64,000 bases of DNA. Source: Antedon mediterranea (taxonomy: Eukaryota > Animalia > Echinodermata). A program made the translations under genes and the position numbers. The stretch is taken from positions 17,816,101 to 17,880,100 of the forward strand of contig NC_092677.1 in the NCBI RefSeq assembly GCF_964355755.1, read 5' to 3'. Of this stretch, positions 1 to 11,798 are shown piece by piece (the first letter of the stretch is position 1; every line of letters starts with the position of its first letter). Below the pieces are notes generated by a model. The model had not been told where the DNA came from, did no database searches, and saw only the letters and a list, made by a program, of their open reading frames with translations.

Positions 1-284
1 ACAGTAGTAACCTGTAAAATATAATAATAGGTTAGAAATTGCCAAATAAACTAATTCCAATTGTGGAGTTTAAATCAAATACTTGCACTAAACTAATGTA
101 TTATCTCTGGTCAATTTGTTTTTTGGATTTTTTTTTGTTTATAAAGAAAAAAAAATTACTCCTAAAAATATATATAACTAAGTAGAAAGCTAAATTAACT
201 GGAGAAAATGCTCAATACCATGGGTAGAGCTTAATACAATAATTATTGTATAAATCCAAAGGCAAATTACTGAAAAAATGACAA

Positions 285-414
285 TGCTGTAGGTATCAGT
301 GGCTGGATCTCAATGGAGATACCAAAAAAAAAGCGAAAAGCTAAATCAAAACAATAAGTAAAACAGCCAGAAAAGTTAGCAGATCTTTCAGGTAACAGTA
401 GCCCTTCATCAGTG

Positions 415-416
<2 letters not shown>
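285..416 (-). mobile_element. Decayed Penelope-like LTR fragment with hammerhead-like core
   Basis: Minus strand reads ACTGATGAAGGGCTACTGTTACCTGAAAGATCT: CUGAUGA and GAAA boxes plus a palindromic AGATCT, next to (TA)n at 414-443. Stem I and the cleavage triplet are degenerate. Confidence 0.5.
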
Positions 417-445
<29 letters not shown>

Positions 446-544
446 TCAGGTTGAAATTTTCAGACCGTTTGGATAGAGTGCTCAATACCAAGGTAGAGCA
501 TAAATAAAATAACAGCAGAAAACTTGGTTACTTCATTGTTTTAA

Positions 545-600
545 TCACTACAAATTTGTTTCGTACGACCAGCATGTAGCTGGCCGCACTCTTCAGGTGA
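545..600 (-). ncRNA. Minimal type I hammerhead ribozyme motif (mirror copy)
   Basis: Exact reverse complement of 625-680. Confidence 0.8.
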
Positions 601-624
601 AATATAAAACATAAGTTTTATATT

Positions 625-680
625 TCACCTGAAGAGTGCGGCCAGCTACATGCTGGTCGTACGAAACAAATTTGTAGTGA
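625..680 (+). ncRNA. Minimal type I hammerhead ribozyme motif
   Basis: TCAC-CTGAAGA-[GTGCGGCCAGC tacat GCTGGTCGTAC]-GAA-[ACAAATTTGT]-A^GTGA. Stem I TCAC/GTGA, 11-bp stem II with G-U pairs, palindromic stem III, GUA cleavage triplet (cut after 676). Confidence 0.8.
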
Positions 681-766
681 TTAAAACAATGAAGTAACCA
701 AGTTTTCTGCTGTTATTTTATATATATATATATATATATATAATTTTTGGGAATTGGAGCATGATT

Positions 767-933
767 ATAAGTGGAAACATCATTTCATTTACATATGGTA
801 TATTTTTTATACATTGAAAATTGTGTTTTGAGACACAAATACAAAACAGTGTTTCATAAGTGGAAACATCATTTAATTTTTTAAATCATTTACATATAGT
901 ATTTTTTTTTATACAGTGAAAATTGTGTTTTGA
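767..933 (+). repeat. Short imperfect tandem duplication
   Basis: ataagtggaaacatcattt...tgaaaattgtgttttga occurs at about 767-832 and about 856-933. Confidence 0.7.
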
Positions 934-1049
934 AAAAAAGAACTGAGGGAGAACCTGTTACGGAAACAATTTGCACAAGAGATGATAGACAGGCAACGTT
1001 TACAGCTCAGTAAAACCTAAAAAATATAGCAATAACATTAGCAAAGGGT

Positions 1050-1140
1050 CAAGTCCACTAGCTCCATGGTTTTGTGGTAGAACGAGCCTTCTCGGAAAAG
1101 GACTTTAACCATAGGCCGGTACACCAGGCCCCATGGGAAA
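1050..1140 (+). mobile_element. Possible SINE central-domain fragment
   Basis: ccttctcggaaaaggactttaaccataggcc resembles Deu/Nin-like SINE cores as I recall them; not searched. Confidence 0.3.
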
Positions 1141-1163
1141 AGTTTTGACTGAACAGAGTATAA

Positions 1164-2088
1164 CTCCCGTATTCTTAAACCGGACTTTAGTCGTAGTTCG
1201 AAGTTCGATATGAAAAAGTCGTAGTTCGAGCTATTACTTCAAATTCGATTCATAAATGACGTAGTCAACGTTTGAGTTGGACTTAATGAAGTCGAGCTTT
1301 TAGTCGAGTTGCACACGTCTGGGTAACAAAGGCTATACATTGGCCAATGACAAGAGAGTATTTGAGGAGCAGACGAAATTTTGCGCATTGATATTACTTT
1401 CAATTTTCTTACAAAACTGTTTACGCATCCGGACTATATACATGAAAAATAATTTTAATCGTTAATTATTAGAACAAGATCAGTATTAATTTAACACAAG
1501 TACTTTTGATTAACAACAAACGAAATCTTCAAAATATATTTAGGAACCATGGGGGTACAGTAACTTTCATATTTTCTAGGCCTTCAACAAAGTATGATTG
1601 TGACGAACCACGCACTTTATATCGTGACAAGAAAGCGCTAGGCCCCCTAAACATTCCATCGCGTTTTGAATTTCCGCATCTCCCATTGTCGCTATGGCGT
1701 GACGTAGTTCAAGTCGGACTTGCGTGAAGAAAATAATGTAATTTGTATACGGTTTTAAATAAAGATGATTTTCGTTATTATAACATATACCAATTTATAT
1801 TTAATTAAGCTAATATAAAAATAGATATTTCATTCTTCAATATCTGGCAAGTATAACAACTCAATGACTGTTACGTTTTTTATAAACATCGTTTAAAAAC
1901 CATTTAGTCGACCATTTAGCCTGCCCCCTCCAGGACTAAAAAAATAGATCAAAATCCGTCTCAATTTAGTCAAGGTTGGCCTTATTTAGTCGGCGATTTA
2001 GTTGAAGTTCGGTTTATGAATTAAAATGACGTCATTTTTAAAGTTTTAGCTCGAACTACGACTAAAGTCCGGTTTAAGAATACAGGCG
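1164..2088. mobile_element. MITE, PIF/Harbinger-like
   Basis: About 36-bp TIRs (cccgtattcttaaaccggactttagtcgtagttcga / tcgaactacgactaaagtccggtttaagaatacagg) flanked by TAA / TTA; no coding capacity. Confidence 0.8.
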
Positions 2089-3405
2089 TTAGGAAAAAAT
2101 AAATAATAATAAAAAAAAAATTGGCTTAATAATGATAGGTGCAAAGCGTACTGTACTTAAAAAATTTCAACTTATCTTTACTTTTGGCCCCCGTAAACCA
2201 TAAAGTAATACTAAAAGTAAGAATACTTTTAATAACAGATTTATCAAAGAATATATAATAAAAGGGTTAACTTAAGGATTTAAGTCTACCTAGAAAAGAA
2301 TAACAAATGCAAAATACGGTATAAACATTTGGAATGGCCGTTGCTATATACAATTTTCCGGTATATACAAAAAGGAAGCTTTAATTAATATTCTGCTATT
2401 TCTATCAACAGTCCATTGCCAACTCTTTACTAGGCCTATTTTCATCATAGTATACATATCAACAAATTAAATACATAATATGTTATAATAGCCGTTAAAC
2501 TTCCGGTAATTTATATACACTAATAAATAAATGGGTTTCAATTAATTTTTCTAATAGTATATATCTTAAAATCTTATTAAAACGTACAAAAACAGGCATA
2601 GAAAATATATTTATCTAAAAATTATCTGTCAGATAAGAAATGCCTTTGAAGGACCCGAACATTTCCGACAAAAACGACGTCAAACTAGGTAGAACTATTA
2701 TCAGAAAATCTTTGAGCTTGTAGTATTGTGATTGAATCAAAAGGTGCGAGGTTTTTGCATTTCTTTATCAATACAATTACATGTATAAAGAATACAACAG
2801 GAAATGATCTATACTATTAAAGGGCAACAATCATAATGGTATTAAAGCATAAGTTATTATGTAATATTGTGTACTACCTGGTACAACCCGGCAAAGCTTT
2901 ATGGTTAAAATACTTGCTTACCAGCCATTGAGTACTAGTGTCTAATTATAGGCTCTAAATTTCAGTAAAATACTGTCATGCAAAAGATTATAACAGTTAC
3001 TAATAGTTTAGCACTTCTTTTTACCTATCTTTAGGTCTTGGACCCATTCCCCTTTTTTAAAAATCATGTATTCTCCACTGCAAATTATAGTGTCATTCAG
3101 TACCAGGATTTTATTTTGTCGAAAACATATTGCTAAAAAATGCTAATCACACTGGACTTTCATTTACTAAAATTAACCACACCCTTGGTAAAACAAGCCA
3201 TGAAGTTTTAGACACATTTATAAGACACATTCTCTAGTGTTATATTAATATTATAACAATAATTGAAATTACATTGAAAAAACAAAACCTTTTTGGGCCA
3301 GCCCAGGAGTATTTATTAGGCGATATTAGTTGACATTGTGTTCCTAAACACCGCAGGAAAGTGGAAAGAATCTTTAGAGAGTTATAATTTTAAAGAATAT
3401 ATATA

Positions 3406-3651
3406 CTATAAAGCCCAACATTTTCGCGGCCCTAAATTTTTGCGATTTTACATTTTTTAACTATTTGGCGACCTTTTATTTTTGCGATTTGAGTTTCTTG
3501 TGTAATTTGTTGAACCAAATTGGCGAATGTATTTCACCTCCGCGATGAACGTCAAACAACAATTGAATAGCGTCGAGTAAAATTACAGAATATGAAAGAA
3601 ATTACAAAAGTCGCGAAAATAAAGGACGCGCAAAATTGTTGGGCTTTATAG
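3406..3651. mobile_element. MITE with TA target duplication (Tc1/mariner-pogo type)
   Basis: TA|CTATAAAGCCCAACA ... TGTTGGGCTTTATAG|TA, with further subterminal inverted similarity. Confidence 0.82.
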
Positions 3652-6600
3652 TATTAGTTAATTTCTTCATCTAACTTTCATTAAAATACAATAAAACAAT
3701 AAACTCAATTCAATTCAGTTTATTATTTCACATTTTAGCACAATACAGAGACCAGAAATGCCAATTCCATAAAGGCAATTGTAACATTAATAAGAAATCA
3801 CAGAGATATTTGAAAAAGGAAAAGCAAATTGTACAGATAGACTATCAGTCAAAAAACCGGTAAACATTTCTAACAAACGGTTTACTGTAATTCTGTGAAA
3901 TTTTCTAAATAATCTTACTGAATGGCATTCACGATTGATTCCATTTATTCCTGATCAGTTTCGACAACATTCAGTAATCTCTGGTGGCTGAGTCATAAAT
4001 AGGGTCTGACCAGACCACACCTGCGACCGATGTCGTGCCTTGATGATGACTCCAGAGAGCCAAGAGGAAAGAGGTTATAGCTCAAGTAACACTTGGACAA
4101 CACAGGAACACATGATGGAAACATCACACCTTGTGTGTTAACTAGAGAAGTACCATGTCCACAGGTGGGGTTGCAGAGGGAAAAAAGAAGGTAACTTGTT
4201 CACATTGGTTGACAATGTGCCAAGTATACTTAACAGGTGTGTACGTCAACAAGTTATATTCCATGTGGGATTCCATATGGGAAATCTTCCAAGTAAAGGA
4301 AGTGAAAACTACATACAGAATTTACATTATTATTGTTTTTGCATTAATAATTGAACTAACATTATTTTCTTCTATCTACATATATTTTCTTTTATTTCCT
4401 TGATATGGTTATTTTATTTCCTTTTCTATGATTTGGCAAATCCATGTACATTTCATGCCCTTTATTTGTTGAAAATAAAGGGTGCATAAAAATAAAGTAC
4501 TTTAATATATCAGAGGCCTATTGTTAGATGTAAAAACTGTAATAATTAATTAATCTTTCTCCTCCTCTTCATAAACCCCTTCTTTTCTCACCTCATTTCA
4601 TCTAATAATCTTTCAATTAAGTAATGGAAATTAATATTGCATTTGAACTATTTAAAGTATAATTCATTATTCCGCTGTAGATCATTTTTCAATATATTTT
4701 GTGAATTCTGTAATGACAACTTTGCCGACTGGGAAGATTCCCAGCGGATTGTTCTTTAATCTAGTTTGCCTTACATGGCATTTAGCTTGCCTGCGGTAAT
4801 TAAACGAGTAAACAGCAAAATCCATTGACCTCCTGAGACATCCTCAAACATCTTGTGAAACCAGTTCGAAATGATTAGAAGTACATTGCAACAAATAAAA
4901 TCAAGAATCGTTGCTGTACGACGTATGTAATTCACTCACGCAGAAGGTGAAATTAGAGTTCTCCTACTCCATTGGAATGACAGTATAGATCGTACCGTAA
5001 GAAGGAGTCATTACACTTTTAATCATCTGACTTTAATCTTTTCTAATCCTATAAAGGCTTGATGCAATCGCAACTTACTTATAATTTGCTTTCTTAAATC
5101 GTGGACAAACCAAAAGTTAATCATAATTTTGCTGATTGGCTTGGAAGATGTAATTTAACCTGCTTTGATGAAATCATCGGCACTTTGATTATGCCGTGAT
5201 TTATAATCTTTGGTACAAATTAGCTTTAATTGTCAAATTTTATGAATGCTGCTTCCTTTATAAAAAAAAATCTCTTCTCACCTCTTTTTAGGTTTGCCTT
5301 GTCTCATTAAAAATCTAGCCTTTTTAATATAATTTTGTAATTAGTGGGCACAATATGAAATTATATAAGCCTGTAATGAAGAAGGGTTTGGAACTGAGAA
5401 AACACTTTTTTAGCTTGAGAATAATTAATCATTGGAACGCATTGCCATATGCAACATCTGTGAACGTTTTTTAAGGAAATTGGAAAAGTATTGATCAAAT
5501 AAGGATTTTAATACCATTCGAAGCATAACTGACTGTCTTTTATATCATTTTTGTTTAGATTATTGTAACTGAATGGTGGAGTTATAGCTTGATTTTTTTA
5601 TTACATGGGACAAAATTAACTCCACTCACAAAGACATGTTATAAGACTGTTTATGACGAGCATCAACTGTATATCAGCAGAGTGAAAACATTTGCTATTA
5701 TGACAATATTATGCATATGCTTACATATTTAAAATAGAAAAATCTCTTAGTGATGATAATATTTCTACTGACTTGCTGGAATTGCTGTTTTGTAAAAATT
5801 GCCGTTTTATAGGTAGGCCTACACTAGTTAGGAAAAAGGAAGGCATTTTTTTCAAATTCTCAAACTGTACTTGGCTTTGAGCTTGGTAATGTACAAGCTT
5901 GTGGATAAACACACACATTTCATTTTCTTTGTGTGTTTTTGTTTTCAGATTTTCAAAAACATATAGATTATACAACTTTTTCTTCTTTATTAACGTCACT
6001 TAGCGAAAATAACATATATTCAACATTAGTGCTCATTCAATCATTTACGATAACATAATTTTACCGACACTCTTTGTATTTCAAAACAATGAGTATTAGT
6101 TATTTGAAACATTGGATTAATCATGCGTGATATAAAAAATGCAATACTAAAATAAAGCAATAATACATGCTCTTTAAACAAATTGAAGGGTGTAACGGCT
6201 GTAAATATTAATAATTTGTAATGTAAATTCAAATTAGTGTCAGAAAATTAAAGGGCGCAAACTGGCCTTTTACTCAGAGCAGTCCAGCATAATGGTAACA
6301 GACTTAATAGCTTATCAAAGTTATTTTACTTTTGTTATTTGTAACATTCAGCATTGTAAATACCAATTTAAAAAAAAAACATATTTTATCCCACACATTT
6401 AACTGGTATATCATTTTTTAATGTGTATATTGGCATTGGAATATCTTTCAGTAGAAAGTTGCCGTTGATACTTAATATAAAAATGATGTAAAATGGATTG
6501 ATGTAATAACAAATTATTTTGTCTTTTTGTGAATTGTCATCTGTAGTTTGAAATGACTGATCAAGATGTATTGTTGATAATTAATATCTTATTATCTTAT

Positions 6601-7120
6601 CTGTGTGACATACTTCTTTATGGTTTAAGAAAAAAAAAGTATTTTAATGTACATACTTTTGCAATTTTTACATCTATTGATAATTTGCTTATCTATAATT
6701 CACTAATCTAACATTGATAAGAACAGTGAGATAACAAAATATTAAAAGAAAATAGAGTATGTGTGTATATAAAAAAAGGGCTAAAAGTTTTACCTTGAAG
6801 ATAATGGAGAAACATCTCAAGAAGTCCCAGATTTTTGGACAACACAAAGAAACTTCTCCAGTACGTTGTTAATGAAAATTACTAGAAAAAGAGTTTATTA
6901 GTAAATTTGAGTTAAGTGTTTTTGTTGGGGAAGGCTGAGGTAGGCCTATTTCAGATTACATCTAAATTTAATGAAGGCCTCTTTGACAAACCGTAACAAA
7001 AACAAACTTTTCTATTATGTTGTTATTGGAAGAATGATGAAGTTAAAATGAAAATTACTAGAATGAGCATATTTTAAGTATTGAAGAAAAAAAATTATAA
7101 CATTAGGTAACAATGAGTTC

Positions 7121-7439
7121 GGATTGTAATTGTAGTTTTTCATCAGGAAGTTGAGTAATTAGATGTTTTGCCCTACTCTGACATAATTTGTACTCCCTGA
7201 CGAAAAACTACAATTACAATCCTGTTGGTGCAGTACCCGCTGCTTACTTGGGCTCGAATCTAACCACTAGCCATCAGCGCAAGCTCGGTGGTCTAGAGGT
7301 ATGAACGCCAGGCTAGTGATCTGGAGGTCGTGGGTTCGAGTCCCACCCGAGAATTACTTGCAAATTTTTTCGCAAGTATTCTCAAATGTACTTAGTATAA
7401 AGTACAAATTACGTCAGAGTAGGGCAAAACATCTAATTA
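7121..7439. mobile_element. Unclassified element with two interleaved inverted-repeat pairs around a tRNA-like core
   Basis: 7121-7147 pairs with 7196-7222 (27 bp, 1 mismatch); 7156-7194 pairs with 7401-7439 (39 bp, 1 mismatch). Confidence 0.65.
7282..7353 (+). tRNA. tRNA-like sequence (anticodon position AGT/Thr), probably a pseudo-tRNA or element-borne Pol III unit
   Basis: A box TGGTCTAGAGG; anticodon arm CCAGG-CTAGTGA-TCTGG; variable loop AGGTC; T arm GTGGG-TTCGAGT-CCCAC. The acceptor stem is only 5 bp (CTCGG/CCGAG). T6 run at 7365-7370. Confidence 0.55.
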
Positions 7440-9094
7440 ACATTGAGGAATTGTATAGAATGTAATTTAAATAACAAAATTTATATATAGATGGCCTTTT
7501 TCTACATTAAAAACAATTAATTTATTTTCTCACATATTGAATAAAACACCAAGACTGCTTTTCAAAAAAATATAAAGTAAACTGTTTCTTTTGTTTCTTT
7601 AATACTTTATTCGATTCAGTAAATAACTTTAAAACTGGTTCACTACGCAATTAATTTGATTTTGTGATGATAATTATAATTGATCTACCAATGCATGTAT
7701 AAGTAGATTATGAGCTATGAAATTGAAATGATGAAAAATAAACTATTTCATTCATTCCCTGGAGGTTTAAAAATTAAGAATCTAATTAATAGGTGAAATA
7801 TGAACAGGAAAAAATAACAAGTTCTTTTTGGTTTACCATAGTTTTATGCAGCTGTGTGCTTTGAAAGCAGCGTGGCTTGTATGTTGTCGTGTAATATGAT
7901 GCAGTATATACAGATTGGTTACAAGTTGTTAACAATAGTTTATAGTTTCGTTACAAGAAAATGACTTGTAATATCATGTTAATAGAACAATAAAAGCTTT
8001 GATTTAAGCAGGTTAAGAATATAGAAATTGAATCTGTTTAGTTTTAGAACATTCTTTTTACAAGTCTCACATTTCAGGCCTATCATAACTATACTGTGTG
8101 TATAGATTCACGGTAAATTACCTGTTCAATTTCTGCCAATAAACACTCAAGCTTATACATAATTGCTTTTTATTTTTAAATTGATTTGTTGGTACAAGGT
8201 CAGAGGTACGGAGAACAAATGATTGTCGGTATTTCAAAAGGGCCATAAGATTATTTAACACTCGTATCATTACGGATTAAGGTGGTGAAAAGAATGGGTC
8301 CGGCAGAACGTGAAATTTTCAATTTCACACCAAACGTCCCAAACTTTTTAACTCTTTCAACCCGTCTGATCCTATGTATGAAAATTCCAAACAACGAACA
8401 GTAGAGTTTACACACCTCACAACTCTCTGTGATTAGTTTTCAATAGTTAAAAAAACAGATCACATAGCAAATTCCAAGTTGTAAGTCTGCCGACAAGAAA
8501 GTTTTGTTTAGCTATTTCAGTTTGTGCATTGAAGTGTTCTGTTCAAATAATAAAGCTATTCTGTCAAATATGTACTAATGACTGGAAGGTTGGATTGTAA
8601 AGATTATAATGGTTTGTTCAATCGGAGCGGGTTTCTTTGAGTCCATTCAAGATAACTTGAGAAAACAGATGTTGCTAACACGGCGAAACAAGCTAATAAA
8701 CTTGCACAAAATTAGCTCCGTTTCAGTTGCTTGGAAGAACCAAATAGGTGACATGTTCTCCAGCAGAGCTTTTCATTCGAGAAAACAAATCGAAAACAGA
8801 AAACGTGTGAAATTTAGGAAACAAATTCTGTAAATAGCTTCGCTCAAATAAGCATTAAGTGGGTGTTAACCCAAATAAATTTGTTGTTCAAAGGATGTAT
8901 TTTCATTTGTGTTGTGTCAATTGTGTACTTTTTAAAGAACACTAATAGTAATTTTTTATTGTAAAATATCATTCCAATTTCTTATAATCCAATCACAGCC
9001 CATTCGCCATGAAAGGGACCGCACATTATGTATGCAGCAATTGGCCAATCAATTCATAGCCACTACGCAGTCATGTACCACATGCCTGTTTTGA

Positions 9095-9311
9095 GTATAT
9101 ATAATGCTGTATAGACACCAGCTCCGTTCCGTATTCAATGCATTCCAGTATATATAATGCTGTATAGACACCAGCTCCGTTCCGTATTCAATGCATTCCA
9201 GTATATATAATGCTGTATAGACACCAGCTCCGTTCCGTATTCAATGCATTCCATGTATATATAATGCTGTATAGACACCAGCTCCGTTCCGCATTCAATG
9301 CATTCGATGTA
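9095..9311 (+). repeat. Minisatellite, 4 x 53-54 bp
   Basis: Unit gtatatataatgctgtatagacaccagctccgttccgtattcaatgcattcca starts at 9095, 9148, 9201 and 9255. Confidence 0.95.
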
Positions 9312-11145
9312 TTGCTACGCATAAGTTACGAATAGTCTACACATTGTATGAATACCATAACCTGTATCATTACGTACGCCAAATCACATGGTCTACATAG
9401 GCAACCTGCGTGTATCATTCAGAAACCTATCGACGTGACCATGGCGTGCTATTAAACAAGTGCCAACATGGCTTTACCCTTGCATGTGAAAATTTAAGAT
9501 TTTTTTCCCCGAGTTAACTTGTTATGATTTATTTTTATTGGTCAATTTTGTTTATCTTAATTGTTGACTTCATAACGTTTTAAATCTTGCTTTTTGTTAC
9601 ATTTGATTTGACTGAAGAACAAATGAATATTTAAATATGGTATATTTAATCATCATTTCATTTTAATTTATTGGAATCAAATTATAGTGTTTTCTATTAA
9701 TATTAGATTATATAAAAGACACAAACGAAAATGATAAAACTTAAATATATAATATAATTAATGTGTACTGTAAAATTCTTCTAATACTGTACAGTATTTT
9801 AGTGCTGCATTGCATTTTAATATTTTGTTTTTTCTTGTTCATTATAATTTTTGTTTCTGCAATATAATGTTATAGGCCTATAAGAATAAATATATAAAAA
9901 GAAAATACTCTAAGTGCCTTCCTCAAGAAGCATGACACTTTTTAAAAAGTGTAGTTTCCAAATCAATTATTCTTTTTCTTAAAATAAATGTAACCTTCAA
10001 GAAACGGTCGCTTAAATAACTTTTGTTTCCTAATTTGCAATTAATAACTAACTAACTTTGTAACTAAATTGTTAACTTAAATTTAAAGTCAAAGCTGGCC
10101 TGTCTCTATAGTCACTACCAAGTAGATTTTCTTCATAAAATACTTTTTAAATTAATGATTTGGAGCATGAAAATTTCATTTATATATTCTACCTTATGCA
10201 ATGGTACATTATAATACGAAGAACAAAAGTTTTGAGTGTTAAACATGATTAGTCGTGAAAGACAGCCTTGAATATATCATTAACATGTGACTTTACAGTA
10301 GGTAAACCTAGAGCTGTATCATTATCTACAAAATTCCCGATAGTATTCAAATCCACATAAAACAACCAGATTGTTTTCTTTTAATTAAAGCGGGGTGCAA
10401 AGCACCACAACACTAATGATCACAAGTAATCTAAAATTCATGGACTATCTTTAGAAATTAATGTAGCATAAAAATTGGCTTTGTATATAATCAAACTAAA
10501 TTATTTGCATTAACGCAAGATGCGATTTCACCGAGCCTGTATGAGCGTTAAAAACTATGCGATTGAAAGACGCAAAAATGACTTGTGTAGGCTTAACAGG
10601 TCAATGTTGTCTATATGCAAATGTTTTCAAAATCCCAAAACATGTGAATGCATTGTATAGCTTTCTGAATATCATCATATCATTGTTTTCACACTTATTC
10701 AAAATCATTACTTTCCTTTCATTGAAAATTCTAAATTTTACTTTTATTGAATATATTATAATATAGTAATAGTACACAGAGGTAATAATGTTATGGCTAT
10801 ATATTCTTCTACTAAAAAAATAAACCAACTTGGGTCATCCATACTGTCAAACCGTCTCCTGCGGAGTTTAGGCTAAGCCAAGTCTTTTATTATTGCATTT
10901 AAGTAACTCAACTATTGAAACCTAAAATGTTTTATTGGCCCATATTAATTACAGAATTATTGTTCCCTAAAAACATGAAAAATGAATTAAAAAAAAAGGG
11001 ACCATTTCACATTTTTAATAAAAACTTCTGTAGACAAAAAACTCTAAAAAAATGTTATCACTTTTAAAAAGAAAAAATAAATGGTTAAATTTAACCAAAA
11101 ACTCATTTGATTTCCAGTCAATTTCACTTTCAGGGAACAATATAT

Positions 11146-11798
11146 AATTAGAAAGCCACTCCGAGAGTGCATAACCCCGCCTACTGTAAAATTCTCCTGC
11201 ATAAGATTTCTCCGGTTAAAAAAAAAAATATTTGTGTGTGTCTTAATGCTGTTTGTGATTTAGGCTAATTTCACTACAAGCATGTGAATGCGATTTTGGT
11301 GTAATGGTTATGTAACAAGCCTTTCAATTAACATTAGCTTCAGTTGACTAACAATAGAACAGCAACGCGAAAATCAAACGAGTGAATTTGAAAAGAAATA
11401 GGTTTTTTAAACTACTCGCATCAAAAAATGTGAAAGTTAAACCACATTATGTTTTGAAATTACAAATCACAAATTATAACTCTTGACTCTTGTACAAAAA
11501 TGAAGTTTTTTGGACAAGTAGTTCTCGAGAAAATGCAATTTTAGTTTACTTGTTACTTTAAGACTACTCGCCGGCTTTTGAAAAATTCTGTCCTATCTTT
11601 TAACACTAGCAGGTTTGAAAAGTATACTCAAAAAGTGGTCCAGAATTGGGACTGTGGTCCCAAATGGTCCCAAAACCACATATCTATCTGTATATTCATT
11701 TTGGTAAAGATCTTGTAATTACTTTTTGAGTAATCCTGCTAACAAACAAACAAACAAACACACGCTACCAATTACATATACCTTCTTGGCGGAGTTAA
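11146..11798. mobile_element. Helentron-associated (HINE/DINE-1-like) element, copy 1 (uninterrupted)
   Basis: Starts tagaaagccactccgagagtgcata and ends ttggcggag(t)taa, with subterminal inverted ccgcc/ggcgg and an (AAAC)n tract near one end. Homologous to the copies at 21632 and 23748. Confidence 0.7.

Larger units (their letters stand above)
504..721. repeat. Perfect inverted repeat, 107-bp arms with 4-nt loop (Penelope-like element remnant)
   Basis: 504-610 is the exact reverse complement of 615-721; loop ATAA; abuts a (TA)n run at 721-741. Confidence 0.92.

Noticed and set aside
7282-7353. Functional tRNA-Thr gene
   Set aside because: The acceptor stem has only 5 pairs and the D stem has a mismatch; kept only as tRNA-like.
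7121-7439. DIRS-type internal complementary region
   Set aside because: The internal block complements left-end plus right-end in that order, not the circle junction expected for DIRS; no recombinase ORF nearby.
9095-9311. CRISPR-like regular repeats (also 20926-21097)
   Set aside because: Units are contiguous near-identical copies with no unique spacers and no cas genes; the context is eukaryotic.
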